Assembly (NCBI GenBank): GCA_000992345.1
Contig: LBUA01000001.1
Span: forward strand, 81,711-145,710
Source: Parcubacteria group bacterium GW2011_GWD2_38_12
GTDB taxonomy: Bacteria; Patescibacteriota; Minisyncoccia; GWC2-36-17
Length of the DNA stretch: 64,000 nucleotides
Direction of reading: 5' to 3'
In this document: piece by piece, positions 49,914 through 61,184 of the stretch
How positions within the stretch are numbered: position 1 is the first letter of the stretch
How the letters are laid out: each line of letters opens with the position of its first letter
Translations under genes and position numbers: made by a program
Notes under the pieces: model-generated
What the model was told of the DNA's origin: nothing
The model's database searches: none
What the model saw: the letters and a program-made list of their open reading frames with translations, nothing else

Positions 49914-50186
49914 TAAAGATTTAGTGTTGACAAGTTTATAATTTCGACTAAAATATAAATCTATTCCATTAAATTCAAATAGTTGGGTTAAGTAGTTCAA
50001 CCGCGAAGACTTTTACTATATGAAAGTCTTCGCGGTTGTGTTATTCATAAAGACATAACCGAAGAGTTTTTTAAAAAATAAATAGTTAATTGAGAGTCCA
50101 AATTTTTATAGTTGTTCCGAATAAAAATCCTCTTTTTTATTTATAAAAACGAGGTAGATTTCATTTGAGCAATGAAATCTTCTAGT

Positions 50187-51745
<1,559 letters not shown>

Positions 51746-51974
51746 CTAGGGAGTCCGTTCAGTCGGACAAATCTCAATATATTTTTACCTCTGCCAATCC
51801 TTTGCGGGATAGACACGTAAAAATAGAGATGCTTTTCTCTGGAGGAGTCGATTGGATTGATTGTTGGAATTCGACAATTAATCTCAGGGCATTAGCCGAA
51901 CGCCCCAAACATCGGCTGGCTATTTTGAGGCCTAAATCAAAATACTCGGAACAACTATAAAGATTTGAACAACA

Positions 51975-52009
51975 AAAACCCCCACTGCCTAGGCAAGTGG
52001 GGGTTTTTT
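51975..52009 (+). terminator. Intrinsic terminator downstream of 16S
   Basis: AAAACCCCCACTGCCTAGGCAAGTGGGGGTTTTTT. Confidence 0.7.
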
Positions 52010-52021
52010 GTTGTAAGATGA

Positions 52022-53266
52022 ATGCATATGATATCCGCCTACATATATATTTCTATTTTAGCCGCGCTTCTTATAATATTTTTTATTTTAAGCGCTGTTT
52101 TAATTATTTTAATAAGAAGAAGGCCGGGAAAAAATATTGAAGCGAGCATAAAAACGATAATTCCCATAGTGTCGCCCCTATTAGACAACGCATTTTTCTG
52201 GGTTAATCTTGACGGGTTTATATCTTTCGCGAATGATCACGCCCTGAAAATTCTAAAAATAGACAGTAAAGAAATAGAAAAGACTAATCTGGCGTCGATT
52301 TTCGCATCGAATGAAGACGTTAATAAAATACTCCTGATGGAATCGGACAGACCGTTAAAATTACAAACAAATCTCATTTCCAGAGACAAAGAAATCATCC
52401 CGACTCAATTAAACGCTGTCTTGATAAAAGCGCTCAATAATCCGATAGGATATATTTTAATAGCAGACGACATTCATCTTCGCGAAATAATGAATGCGCG
52501 TCTAGAGATGGAGAAATGTAAAAAATCCGCCGATGATCACAGTAGAATTCATCATGAATACTCCGAAAAAATAAATAAATTAAATACAATTATTCAAAAA
52601 ATCTTTAGCGCGCCTCAAAATGATTTAATAAATATTATTAAGGAATTTAGCGGGGAGTTGCATAATCTTTTTGAATCATATATGACAACCTGCTGGATAC
52701 TGGAAGATGGCAACGAGAAATTAAAGTTAATTGCTCAATATGGACTATCAGAAAAAGGAATAGAAAAATTTGAAAAAGATTTTCCGACAAGCAATAAAAT
52801 AATACAATCCCTTGACCGTAAAGAAGTAACTCTCAACGATATTTCGCTTATGCAAAATTCTCTACGCGTTTTATTGACACAGGAGGGAGTTTCCAATATT
52901 GCTGAAGTCCCATTTTTTCGCAAAGATGCGCCATGTGGCGTATTGGAATTTTATCTAAAAAATAAGAGCGATAGCGAAGTAACCAAACAACTCTTAAATC
53001 ACATTTCTGTTTTACTCACCACAATATGCAGTATCTTTTATATAAAAATTTCCAACGATAATGAGGTTAAGAGGTTGCATGAAGAAAAAACGGCAACAGA
53101 AAAAAGGCTAATGGAAAAAGTGGAATCTTGCAGTCTTGAACTTGAGGAGTTGAGACAATTGCAAAAACTGACAATCGGCAGAGAATTAAAAATACTGGAA
53201 TTAAAAAAGAAAATAAGCGAATTGGAAGACGCTATGCCTGACGGCAGGCAGGCCACGCAAGAATAA
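52022..53266 (+). CDS. Membrane-anchored PAS/GAF-like sensor protein with C-terminal coiled coil, no kinase domain
   Basis: N-terminal TM, a PAS-like segment (FWVNLDGFISFANDHALKIL), a GAF-like middle, and a coiled-coil tail. Lies directly upstream of a cytoplasmic PAS histidine kinase. Confidence 0.5.
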   Translation: MHMISAYIYISILAALLIIFFILSAVLIILIRRRPGKNIEASIKTIIPIVSPLLDNAFFWVNLDGFISFANDHALKILKIDSKEIEKTNLASIFASNEDVNKILLMESDRPLKLQTNLISRDKEIIPTQLNAVLIKALNNPIGYILIADDIHLREIMNARLEMEKCKKSADDHSRIHHEYSEKINKLNTIIQKIFSAPQNDLINIIKEFSGELHNLFESYMTTCWILEDGNEKLKLIAQYGLSEKGIEKFEKDFPTSNKIIQSLDRKEVTLNDISLMQNSLRVLLTQEGVSNIAEVPFFRKDAPCGVLEFYLKNKSDSEVTKQLLNHISVLLTTICSIFYIKISNDNEVKRLHEEKTATEKRLMEKVESCSLELEELRQLQKLTIGRELKILELKKKISELEDAMPDGRQATQE

Positions 53267-53274
53267 GCGCTGTC

Positions 53275-54699
53275 ATGATACTTGTAATTCCGTCACTCGC
53301 TCCAGATGAAAGTAAATTTTCACCTGTGGACTCGCTAGAATTACAATTTCACAATATAGCTATGGCAAATAAAGATATTTTTTTAAATAAATACGAAACC
53401 AAAGAATACAGCAAAAAGGAAGAAGAGAAGGCAATCATAAATTTGCTCGAAGACTTAAATATAAAATTTCAAGAAATTGATCGATCCAACAAGTCTCTTA
53501 GAGATTCGGGAATAGCAACACTTAATATACTTGACGACTATATTACCCTAAATAAGTATATTGAAAAAGAAAGCGCGAAAACACAAGCCATACTGACCAA
53601 TATGAATGACGGACTTTATGTAGTTGATTTCAATGAAAAAATAATGCTTTTTAATTCGGCTGCAGAAAAGATGTTTGGCTGGACACAAGAAGAAGTACTC
53701 GGTAAGAAAGATTCTGATATCTTTACTAAAATAAAATTTGCTAATTTAGCGACATATGAAACCGGGGGACTATCAAAAATGATTCATAATACATGGAAAC
53801 AAGGAAAAACCATAAATCTATCCTTTCTTTCTTTGCCACAAAAAAATAATACTGAGGTTATAGTGTCAATTTCCGCGGCTCCCATCCTTGATGCCAATAA
53901 AAATATCATCTCCGGAGTTGTGACCCTACGCGATATGCGACATGAATTTGAAATAGACAGGGCAAAAACTGAATTCGTATCAGTGGCCTCCCATCAATTA
54001 CGTACTCCGCTTGCCGCGATTAAATGGTTTTTAGAGTTAATATTTGACGGAGATGCAGGAAAAATAACAGCAAAACAAAAAGATTTTTTTTCTCAAATCA
54101 ACGAATCCACTGAAAGAATGATAGACTTAGTTAATGCTCTTTTGAATGTTTCTAGGATAGAAACCGGCAGAATTATTATTGATCCCCAGCCAACGGATCT
54201 CGTAGCATTAACTCAAAAAACAATAGCAGAAATGAATCCGATTTTTGAAAAACGAAAACAAGTTTTCACATTCATTAAGCCCAAAGACGATATCCCCAAT
54301 ATCAATATAGATCCCAAACTTGTTTTTGAAGTAATAATCAACATTCTTTCCAATGCTTCAAAATATACGCCAGAGAAAAAATCAATAAAATTAAGCATTG
54401 AAAAAATTGATAAAGAGGTGCTATTCAAAATAACTGATACGGGATACGGGATACCGGCTCATCAGCAACACAGGATATTTGAAAAATTCTTCAGGGGAGA
54501 AAATATAATGAAACATGCGCCAGAAGGCACGGGGCTTGGTCTTTACATAGTGAAAGCTATTGTGGAATCATCGGGTGGACGTATTTGGTTTAGTTCGGAA
54601 GAAGATCGCGGAACGACTTTTTATTTTGCTTTGCCACTTACAGGAAGCGTGGCAAGAACAGGAGATAAAAGCGTAGAACTGACGAAGAGATTCATCTGA
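53275..54699 (+). CDS. Cytoplasmic PAS-domain histidine kinase
   Basis: PAS (LYVVDFNEKIMLFNSAAEKMFGW), H-box SVASHQLRTPLAAIKW, and G-boxes DTGYGIP / GTGLGLYIVK. Confidence 0.85.
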   Translation: MILVIPSLAPDESKFSPVDSLELQFHNIAMANKDIFLNKYETKEYSKKEEEKAIINLLEDLNIKFQEIDRSNKSLRDSGIATLNILDDYITLNKYIEKESAKTQAILTNMNDGLYVVDFNEKIMLFNSAAEKMFGWTQEEVLGKKDSDIFTKIKFANLATYETGGLSKMIHNTWKQGKTINLSFLSLPQKNNTEVIVSISAAPILDANKNIISGVVTLRDMRHEFEIDRAKTEFVSVASHQLRTPLAAIKWFLELIFDGDAGKITAKQKDFFSQINESTERMIDLVNALLNVSRIETGRIIIDPQPTDLVALTQKTIAEMNPIFEKRKQVFTFIKPKDDIPNINIDPKLVFEVIINILSNASKYTPEKKSIKLSIEKIDKEVLFKITDTGYGIPAHQQHRIFEKFFRGENIMKHAPEGTGLGLYIVKAIVESSGGRIWFSSEEDRGTTFYFALPLTGSVARTGDKSVELTKRFI

Positions 54700-54775
54700 A
54701 GTAACTCCCAACGATTGACATTTGACGATTGACAATCAAAAACTCGGCAGATCTGCCGAGTTTTTATAATTATAT

Positions 54776-54850
54776 TGGTGCGCGTGGAAGGAATCGGACC
54801 TTCTGCCACTTCATTATCAGTGAAGTGCTCTACCAATGAGCTACACGCGC
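54776..54850 (-). tRNA. tRNA-Ile (anticodon GAT)
   Basis: Reverse complement reads GCGCGTGTAGCTCATTGGTAGAGCACTTCACTGATAATGAAGTGGCAGAAGGTCCGATTCCTTCCACGCGCACCA. Anticodon loop CUGAUAA. Confidence 0.85.
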
Positions 54851-55188
54851 AAAATTGACTAAATTTACAGTTAGTAGTTAACAATTAACCATATAAATAT
54901 ATAGAGATTTTAGTGAAAAATCAAGGCGCCCAAGTTAAATGTTATTTGTTAAATGTTAAATGGCGGCTTTTTGAGGTTATCCACAGGAGATGGCAGAATG
55001 GGTATATTATTTAAGCCAAATTTTTGGTATAATTTAATCAGCAGAACTGTTTTAAAGACAGTCCTATCTGCTTTAACTGGTCGATATTACTTATTTGAAA
55101 GTTCTTAATTACTAGTAGTTAATAATTTAAATTAATAATCTAATAAAGCACTAATGATTTTAAGGGTGGCCACTTTTAAAATCAATAA

Positions 55189-55896
55189 ATGCGAATAAAC
55201 AAACAAAAAGTGATTTATCAAAACTGGTACGATATTTTTGCTGTTTCATTCCAAGCGGTATGGGATAAATTCTTTTCTGCATTGCCAAATGTTTTTGTGG
55301 CAATCATTATCTTCATTATCGGTTGGGTTTTGGCGCATGCTGTTAGCAAAACAATCAAAAGCATAGTTGCTCTCACAAAGATTGACAATGCTCTAGCTAA
55401 ACTTAAAGTTGATCAAGTTATTTCAAGATTCGGTTGGAGACTTGATGCCGGAAAATTTATTGGGGAATTAGTGAGGTGGTTCTTGATTATCGCGTTCTTA
55501 TTGGTATCGTCCGATATTGTCGGTCTTTCAGCAGTATCTCAATTCTTAAGCGACATTTTACTCTACATTCCTAATGTAGTAATAGCCGCTGTTATTTTGT
55601 TGATAGCCGCTATCGTTTCCAATTTCTTACAGAGAATCGTTGTTGCATCCGCTTCGGCTGCGCAACTTGCCGCTGCAAATTTTGCTGGTCTCGTAACAAA
55701 ATGGGCGGTATTGATATTGGGTTTCTTAATTGCTGTTGAACAGCTCGGCATTGCCCAAATTTATCTTGGTACTCTCTATACCGGAATTATTGCCATGCTA
55801 GCTATTGCTGGCGGTTTGGCATTCGGTCTTGGAGGTAAAGATCAAGCATCCGCATTTCTTTCACGACTTAGCGAAGAAGCAAGAGAGAGAAGATAA
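55189..55896 (+). CDS. Integral membrane protein with conserved TM-helix repeats (mechanosensitive-channel-like)
   Basis: Repeated amphipathic TM segments with Ala/Gly-rich helices, similar to the Conserved-TM-helix (TM_helix) family. Confidence 0.45.
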   Translation: MRINKQKVIYQNWYDIFAVSFQAVWDKFFSALPNVFVAIIIFIIGWVLAHAVSKTIKSIVALTKIDNALAKLKVDQVISRFGWRLDAGKFIGELVRWFLIIAFLLVSSDIVGLSAVSQFLSDILLYIPNVVIAAVILLIAAIVSNFLQRIVVASASAAQLAAANFAGLVTKWAVLILGFLIAVEQLGIAQIYLGTLYTGIIAMLAIAGGLAFGLGGKDQASAFLSRLSEEARERR

Positions 55897-55990
55897 TTTC
55901 TTCAAAGAATTAGAATTCTTTTAAAACAAAAACCCCTTAATCGGGGTTTTTGTTTTAAAATATATTATTAATATTTCTGTGGATAAACTC

Positions 55991-56227
55991 TTATAAATTC
56001 GTATACGGCATCAAGGCCATAAATCTGGCCCTTTTAATTGCCAAAGCTAAGGCTCTTTGGTGCTTTGCGCAACATTTACTGCGTCTTACTGGCTTAATTT
56101 TAGCTTGCATAGAGACAAACTTTCTTAAAAGTTCAGACTCTTTATAATCAATATAGCCAATGTTCAACCTGCAAAAATAGCAGGATTTTTTTTCTAAAAT
56201 CTCAATGGTATTTTGTTTGTGATACAT
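55991..56227 (-). CDS. rpsR: 30S ribosomal protein S18
   Basis: CYFCRLNIGYIDYKESELLRKFVSMQAKIKPVRRSKCCAKHQRALALAIKRARFMALMPY. Confidence 0.85.
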   Translation of the reverse strand: MYHKQNTIEILEKKSCYFCRLNIGYIDYKESELLRKFVSMQAKIKPVRRSKCCAKHQRALALAIKRARFMALMPYTNL

Positions 56228-56340
56228 GTAAACGCGATACTAATATACTAATACATGCTAATGATACGAATAATACTAATGAAATTCATTCGTATTATTC
56301 GTTGCATTCGTACCGATTCGTATATTGGCATTATATTTTC
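56228..56340. repeat. ~100-bp intergenic repeat copy A (ssb/rpsR spacer)
   Basis: Shares GCGATACTAATATACTAATA, TACGAATWATACTAAT and ATTCGTAYCGATTCGTATATTGGYATTATATT blocks with 56782-56884. Contains an internal inverted repeat ACGAATAATA/TATTATTCGT. Confidence 0.75.
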
Positions 56341-56781
56341 TTAAAATGGTATATCTTTCATCTCTATTTCTCCATCGCTCTCAATAACCGGGATTTCCTC
56401 GCCGGAACTCGATTGTTTTTCATCACTCAATCTATTATCAGAAGAATTGCCGCTCAGCTTCGGACCCATTTGCATTCCCTCCGCGATAACCTCTGTTTTA
56501 TATTTTTTTGTGCCATCTGGCGCATCCCATGACCTTGTCTCAACACGACCCTCAATAAAAACCAGTTTTCCCTTTTGAAGATATTGGGCGCATATCTCTC
56601 CCAACTTTCCCCAAGCCACGATATTATGGAACTCCGCCTTTTTTTGTTTCTGTCCTTCTTTATCCGTCCACATTCTATTTGTTGCTATTGAGAAATTAGC
56701 AACAGTTTGTCCGGAGGGAGTAGTTCTTGATTCCGGATCTCTGGCTACATTACCGAGAAGAAATATTTTATTTAAATTCAT
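56341..56781 (-). CDS. ssb: Single-stranded DNA-binding protein
   Basis: OB-fold MNLNKIFLLGNVARDPESRTT...AEFHNIVAWGKLGE and a C-terminal acidic DIPF tail. Confidence 0.85.
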   Translation of the reverse strand: MNLNKIFLLGNVARDPESRTTPSGQTVANFSIATNRMWTDKEGQKQKKAEFHNIVAWGKLGEICAQYLQKGKLVFIEGRVETRSWDAPDGTKKYKTEVIAEGMQMGPKLSGNSSDNRLSDEKQSSSGEEIPVIESDGEIEMKDIPF

Positions 56782-56884
56782 ACACTTTGCTTGCGCGATA
56801 CTAATATACTAATAGCATACGAATTATACTAATCCGCCGCCGCGGATTCGTTGTATTCGTATCGATTCGTATATTGGTATTATA
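56782..56884. repeat. ~100-bp intergenic repeat copy B (rpsF/ssb spacer)
   Basis: See copy A. Same orientation, about 75% identical. Confidence 0.75.
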
Positions 56885-57343
56885 TTAGCTAGTTTTTTCT
56901 AGGATTTCTTCCAATTTCTTTTCTATCTCCGCTTCCAATTTCAGTTTATCTTCGGATTTTACAGATTTTCTTGATTGACTTTCGCTTGGCTGAGTAATTC
57001 TTTGGAACTTTTCCTTGATTTCTTCTTCTTGGCGCTTCATGAAGGACAAATAATTATTATCAACAGTAATAACAAGATATCTTAAAATATAATCCTCTAA
57101 TCTTAATTTTTTGTCCAGGGATTTCAAATCCCTTGGGTTGAGATTAAAAAGCATATAGCCAAAATAACCCTGCTTTGCTTTTTTTATGGGGTAGGTGAGT
57201 TTTTTTTTCTGGACTGTTTGTTCTTTGATGATTTCACCGGAAAATTCAGCAATTGAATCTTTTATTTTCTGAAGATAGACGTTTTGTACTTCCTCTTCTT
57301 TAATATCCGGATTTAAAAAATATGCTATTTCGTATTGTGTCAT
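56885..57343 (-). CDS. rpsF: 30S ribosomal protein S6 with C-terminal extension
   Basis: MTQYEIAYFLNPDIKEEEVQNV...KQGYFGYMLF. Heads the rpsF-ssb-rpsR operon. Confidence 0.8.
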   Translation of the reverse strand: MTQYEIAYFLNPDIKEEEVQNVYLQKIKDSIAEFSGEIIKEQTVQKKKLTYPIKKAKQGYFGYMLFNLNPRDLKSLDKKLRLEDYILRYLVITVDNNYLSFMKRQEEEIKEKFQRITQPSESQSRKSVKSEDKLKLEAEIEKKLEEILEKTS

Positions 57344-57464
57344 GCCGATTTTGTCCCCATGGAATATAAATTATTTAATTAATTTATAATTGAAAGGGAA
57401 TTAATCAATTATTTACTTTGAAAATGTAGCGCCTAATTATTTTATTTCATGGGGCTACAAAATT

Positions 57465-57610
57465 GAGCACCCTGTTAAATAAAATTTGAGAATACCCCTC
57501 AAATTTTAACTTTGATTTTTTAAAAATCAAAGTTATTTAACGGGGTAAGGTTTTGTATCTAAAATTTATACGTTCTGCGGACTTCAAATTTTAGACAAAA
57601 CCCTTAGATA
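57465..57610. ncRNA. Highly structured non-coding region (candidate rpsF 5' leader or small RNA)
   Basis: A 12-bp helix CCCTGTTAAATA/TATTTAACGGGG encloses two hairpins: AAATTTGAG/CTCAAATTT, and CTTTGATTT/AAATCAAAG around a TTTAAA loop. A 17-bp near-perfect hairpin GGTTTTGTATCTAAAATTT/AAATTTTAGACAAAACC follows. No ORF. Confidence 0.35.
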
Positions 57611-57735
57611 CCCCTACCAAAGTTGAGTATAATCTACTATGAAATAATAAAAAAAGCAAGCAAAAACCCCCAGATATCGGGGGTTAGTAATGGTCTTTGA
57701 CCCTAGAATATAATACCTTATTAATAATATGACAA

Positions 57736-57939
57736 TCAGCAACCGTTTTGGTCCCGTATATAACTTACCGCGCCGCATTTTTTGCAATACTTGTAAAAAA
57801 ATACTGGAGGGATCAATCTATCACCAGTCGGCGTATTAAATGTAGTATGCACAAGACCTGTTTCTAAAATTTCTCCTCCGCATTCTTTGGGACGCCCCTC
57901 TTTTATGTATGCCAGTCTGCATATCTTTGACATACCCAA
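57736..57939 (-). CDS. Small Cys-containing hypothetical protein (67 aa)
   Basis: CxxxxxxxxxxxxC...CxxC pattern (ICRLAYIKEGRPKEC...YCKKCG). A terminator hairpin lies at 57665-57690 on the minus strand. Confidence 0.4.
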   Translation of the reverse strand: MGMSKICRLAYIKEGRPKECGGEILETGLVHTTFNTPTGDRLIPPVFFYKYCKKCGAVSYIRDQNGC

Positions 57940-57980
57940 CCTCCTTATTTTATTGTTCTATTCTTCACATTTTCATTATA

Positions 57981-58469
57981 TCAAGCACCCGCGTCCTTCT
58001 TTTTAATATCATATTGCTTCAGAAGGGCATCAACTATAATTTTTATTCCTTCTTTGTTGCGATATCGGAAGGTTATATTCTGGCACTCACAGATATTGTA
58101 ATCAACACCACATAAAGCTTGTCTTATGTGCAACTCAAGAGCATTCTCTATGCGTCCATAAAACTCCTGCTGATCCTTGAATTCTTTGGCTCTCTTAGTA
58201 AACAAAGCATCATCTTTTTCCTTTACGGCTTCAACCGATTCTTTGGTCTTTGGCTGAAAATATAAGGCCTTTCTACCACACCGCTCCTTTTTGGGCCAAA
58301 AAACACCAAACAAAGCATCAAGCATCCCATCATCCATGCGAAAGCCGCAACAAGAATGCTTATTATTTTCAGGGTGATAGCAACCACCGCCTATTTGATT
58401 ATCCGAATAAAATGCACATTCCCCACAGACAAGTAGCCAGTTGAATTCATCTTTATTATTTTTCTGCAT
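57981..58469 (-). CDS. Cysteine-rich hypothetical protein (162 aa)
   Basis: CGECAFY...GGGCYHPENNKHSCCGF...CGVDYNICECQ. GC content (~42%) is above the local mean. Confidence 0.4.
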   Translation of the reverse strand: MQKNNKDEFNWLLVCGECAFYSDNQIGGGCYHPENNKHSCCGFRMDDGMLDALFGVFWPKKERCGRKALYFQPKTKESVEAVKEKDDALFTKRAKEFKDQQEFYGRIENALELHIRQALCGVDYNICECQNITFRYRNKEGIKIIVDALLKQYDIKKKDAGA

Positions 58470-58565
58470 TTCGATTAACCCCCCCCTTTTTTAAGAACCT
58501 TCTTTGCCATATTTATAATCCAAAGATTAACCAAAGTCAATTATTTCGTTTTCAATAATGTCCTC

Positions 58566-59666
58566 TTAAACCTTAAACTCCATAACATCACCATCTTTTA
58601 CAATGTATTCCTTGCCTTCGGTACGCAAAAGTCCCTTATCGCGGGCGGCGGCAAATGAGCCAGTATTTAATAAATCTTGCCAGAATATCACTTCCGCGCG
58701 AATGAATTTTTCTTCAAAATCGGAGTGGATGGCGCGGCCAGCGCGAGGAGCGGCAGAATTTTTCGGTATAGTCCAAGCTCTCGTTTCTGTTTCACCGGTC
58801 GTAAAATATGTTATCAATCCTAAAAGTTCATAACCTTTGTGAATCAATTGATTGATACCGCCATCATCCTTAACACCAAGCTCTTTTTTGTATTCAATCT
58901 TTTCCTCCTCGGAAAGCTCGTTTAATTCTTGTTCGATTTTAGCGTCAACCGTAGTCCAAATGTTGCCGTTTTTTTCAAAAAATTCTATTAACTTTACATA
59001 CCTTTCATCATTTATCTCGTCTAAATTAACCGCTCCTGATTTCTTGTTTAATACATACAATATTGGTTTGATAGTCAAAAGACCAAAAGATTTTATAAAT
59101 GGCTTTTCCGCTTCGGAAAATTCAATAGAGGAGGCGAGAATGCCCTTCTTTAAAGCGTCTTGGATTTTTGTCAGCGCCCCAAGCTCCAAAATAGCGTCTT
59201 TGTTGCCCGTACGAGTATTTCTTTGCGCGCGTTCGATTTGTTTGGTCACCGAATCTAAATCAGCCAAAATCAGTTCTGTGTTTATAACCTCAATATCCGA
59301 GAGGGGATTAATCCTGCTTTCAACATGTATGATATTGGGGTCTTCAAAAATTCTCACTACTTCAGCGATCGCATCCGTCTCGCGTATATGCGAGAGAAAT
59401 TTATTGCCTAATCCTTCGCCCTGCGAAGCACCCTTAACCAACCCTGCGATATCCACAAATTCAATGGTGGCAGGCACAATTTTTTTGGTTTTTGAAAAAT
59501 CGGCTAATTTTTGCAATCTTTCATCGGGCACGGCAACAACACCGACATTCGGGTCGATAGTGCAAAATGGATAATTGGCGCAGTCCACCTGTTTTTTGGT
59601 TAATGCCTTAAATAAAGTTGACTTCCCGACATTGGGTAAACCAACAATTCCTATTTGTAATGCCAT
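58566..59666 (-). CDS. ychF: Ribosome-binding ATPase YchF (Obg-family GTPase)
   Basis: MALQIGIVGLPNVGKSTLFKALT P-loop and a C-terminal TGS domain. Confidence 0.9.
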   Translation of the reverse strand: MALQIGIVGLPNVGKSTLFKALTKKQVDCANYPFCTIDPNVGVVAVPDERLQKLADFSKTKKIVPATIEFVDIAGLVKGASQGEGLGNKFLSHIRETDAIAEVVRIFEDPNIIHVESRINPLSDIEVINTELILADLDSVTKQIERAQRNTRTGNKDAILELGALTKIQDALKKGILASSIEFSEAEKPFIKSFGLLTIKPILYVLNKKSGAVNLDEINDERYVKLIEFFEKNGNIWTTVDAKIEQELNELSEEEKIEYKKELGVKDDGGINQLIHKGYELLGLITYFTTGETETRAWTIPKNSAAPRAGRAIHSDFEEKFIRAEVIFWQDLLNTGSFAAARDKGLLRTEGKEYIVKDGDVMEFKV

Positions 59667-59738
59667 AATTTTTGGTTTTTATTTTTTTATGATAAACTAA
59701 ACAAGATAAAATCATAATTTATTTTTGTATTAAAATCA

Positions 59739-61136
59739 ATGGAAAACCGCGAAACAATAAATAAAATTTTCAAAGCATATGATATAAGAGGAAAATACCC
59801 AGAAGAGTTGAACGAAACTATCGCCTATAGAATCGGGCAGGCGGTTAGTGATTATTTTTTTCCGACACAAATTTTAGTTGGTCGCGATCATCGAGATTCT
59901 TCCTATCCCTTATTTCAGGCTATTTCCGGAGGGATAATGAATCAAGGTGTTGATATTGTAGATATCGGCGTTTGCACAAGTCCGATGTTTTATTTTGCCG
60001 TGGCAAAGGGAAATTACGAAACAGGGGTAATGATTACCGCCTCGCATAATCCGTACATATATAATGGCGTAAAAATCGTTAAAAAAATGGCTGTTCCGCT
60101 GGGAATTGGCTTAGGACTGGAAAATATAAACGATCTTGTCACAGAGGGTAATTTTCACAAATCGCAAAAACAAGGAACGGTAAAATCAATTGACTTAACA
60201 GATGAATACGTAAATTATCTAAAGACATTCCAAAGCGTAGCTCTTGATAAAAATTTGAAAATTGTGCTGGATCCGTCAAATGGCCCGGCTGGGAAATTGG
60301 CATATAAAGTTTTCGGGGACGAAATAAATTCAATAAATATAAACTTTGAGCCTACGGATGACAAGAATAAAGATCCCAATCCCCTAAAACCAGAGACCAG
60401 AAAGCAAGCGGAAGAAATCGTAATAAATCAAAAGACCGACGGAGCATTTTTATGGGATGGCGATGGAGACAGGTTTTTCGTGTTGGATGAAAAAGCCAGA
60501 TTAATACCTGGAAATTTCGTGACCGCAGTACTTGCCGAATACATTCTCAAAAAACATCCCAACGAAAAAGTTATCTGTGATTTAAGGCTTTCAAGGGCGG
60601 TATTTAAAATAATAGAAAGAAGTGGGGGATTGCCGATAATGAACCGCGTTGGACACTCTTATATTAAGGACCGGATGCGGAAAGAAAATGCGATTTTTGG
60701 CGCGGAAATGTCCGGACATTATTATTTCCGCGGCCAATCAAGCCAAGGACTTCATGAGTTTTATTCTGATAATGGCATCATACCGGCTCTGTATTTACTG
60801 GAGATAATGAGCCAAAAAACAAAAAAACTCTCTGAACTTTTTGACCCGTTTTTTGAAAAATATTTTATAAGCGAGGAGTTAAATTTTAAAGTTCGCGATT
60901 CTCAACAAACCTTGAAATTAATTGAAAATGAATTCTCTGGGACAAACAAAGAAGGCGAGCAAGCGGAAATAATAAAATTGGACGGATTAACCATTCAATT
61001 TAAAGATTGGTGGTTTAATATTCGTCCATCCAACACCGAACCAGTTATGAGAGTCATTATCGAAACCAGCACAAAAGAATCCTTAAAAGATAGGATAGAT
61101 TTACTCACCAGGATGCTTTCTGTGAATACAAGATAA
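59739..61136 (+). CDS. Phosphohexomutase (phosphomannomutase/phosphoglucomutase/GlmM family)
   Basis: Active-site TASHNPYIYNG and metal loop WDGDGDRFF. Confidence 0.8.
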   Translation: MENRETINKIFKAYDIRGKYPEELNETIAYRIGQAVSDYFFPTQILVGRDHRDSSYPLFQAISGGIMNQGVDIVDIGVCTSPMFYFAVAKGNYETGVMITASHNPYIYNGVKIVKKMAVPLGIGLGLENINDLVTEGNFHKSQKQGTVKSIDLTDEYVNYLKTFQSVALDKNLKIVLDPSNGPAGKLAYKVFGDEINSININFEPTDDKNKDPNPLKPETRKQAEEIVINQKTDGAFLWDGDGDRFFVLDEKARLIPGNFVTAVLAEYILKKHPNEKVICDLRLSRAVFKIIERSGGLPIMNRVGHSYIKDRMRKENAIFGAEMSGHYYFRGQSSQGLHEFYSDNGIIPALYLLEIMSQKTKKLSELFDPFFEKYFISEELNFKVRDSQQTLKLIENEFSGTNKEGEQAEIIKLDGLTIQFKDWWFNIRPSNTEPVMRVIIETSTKESLKDRIDLLTRMLSVNTR

Positions 61137-61138
61137 TA

Positions 61139-61170
61139 AAATACCGCGATGGTTTTTCCATCGCGGTATT
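61139..61170. terminator. Bidirectional terminator hairpin
   Basis: AATACCGCGATGGTTTTTCCATCGCGGTATT lies between convergent genes. Confidence 0.7.
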
Positions 61171-61184
61171 ATCATTTAAACGAG

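Noticed and set aside
51746-52021. 23S rRNA or ITS tRNAs downstream of 16S
   Set aside because: No 23S-like sequence follows. A terminator at 51975 is followed by protein-coding genes. The 16S is judged to be unlinked.
57345-57735. tmRNA / RNase P RNA / SRP RNA in the gene-free structured region
   Set aside because: None of the conserved signature motifs is present (RNase P GGAAAGTCCGGGC, SRP GGAAGCAGCC, or a tmRNA tag ORF with tRNA-like ends). It is kept only as an unclassified structured element.
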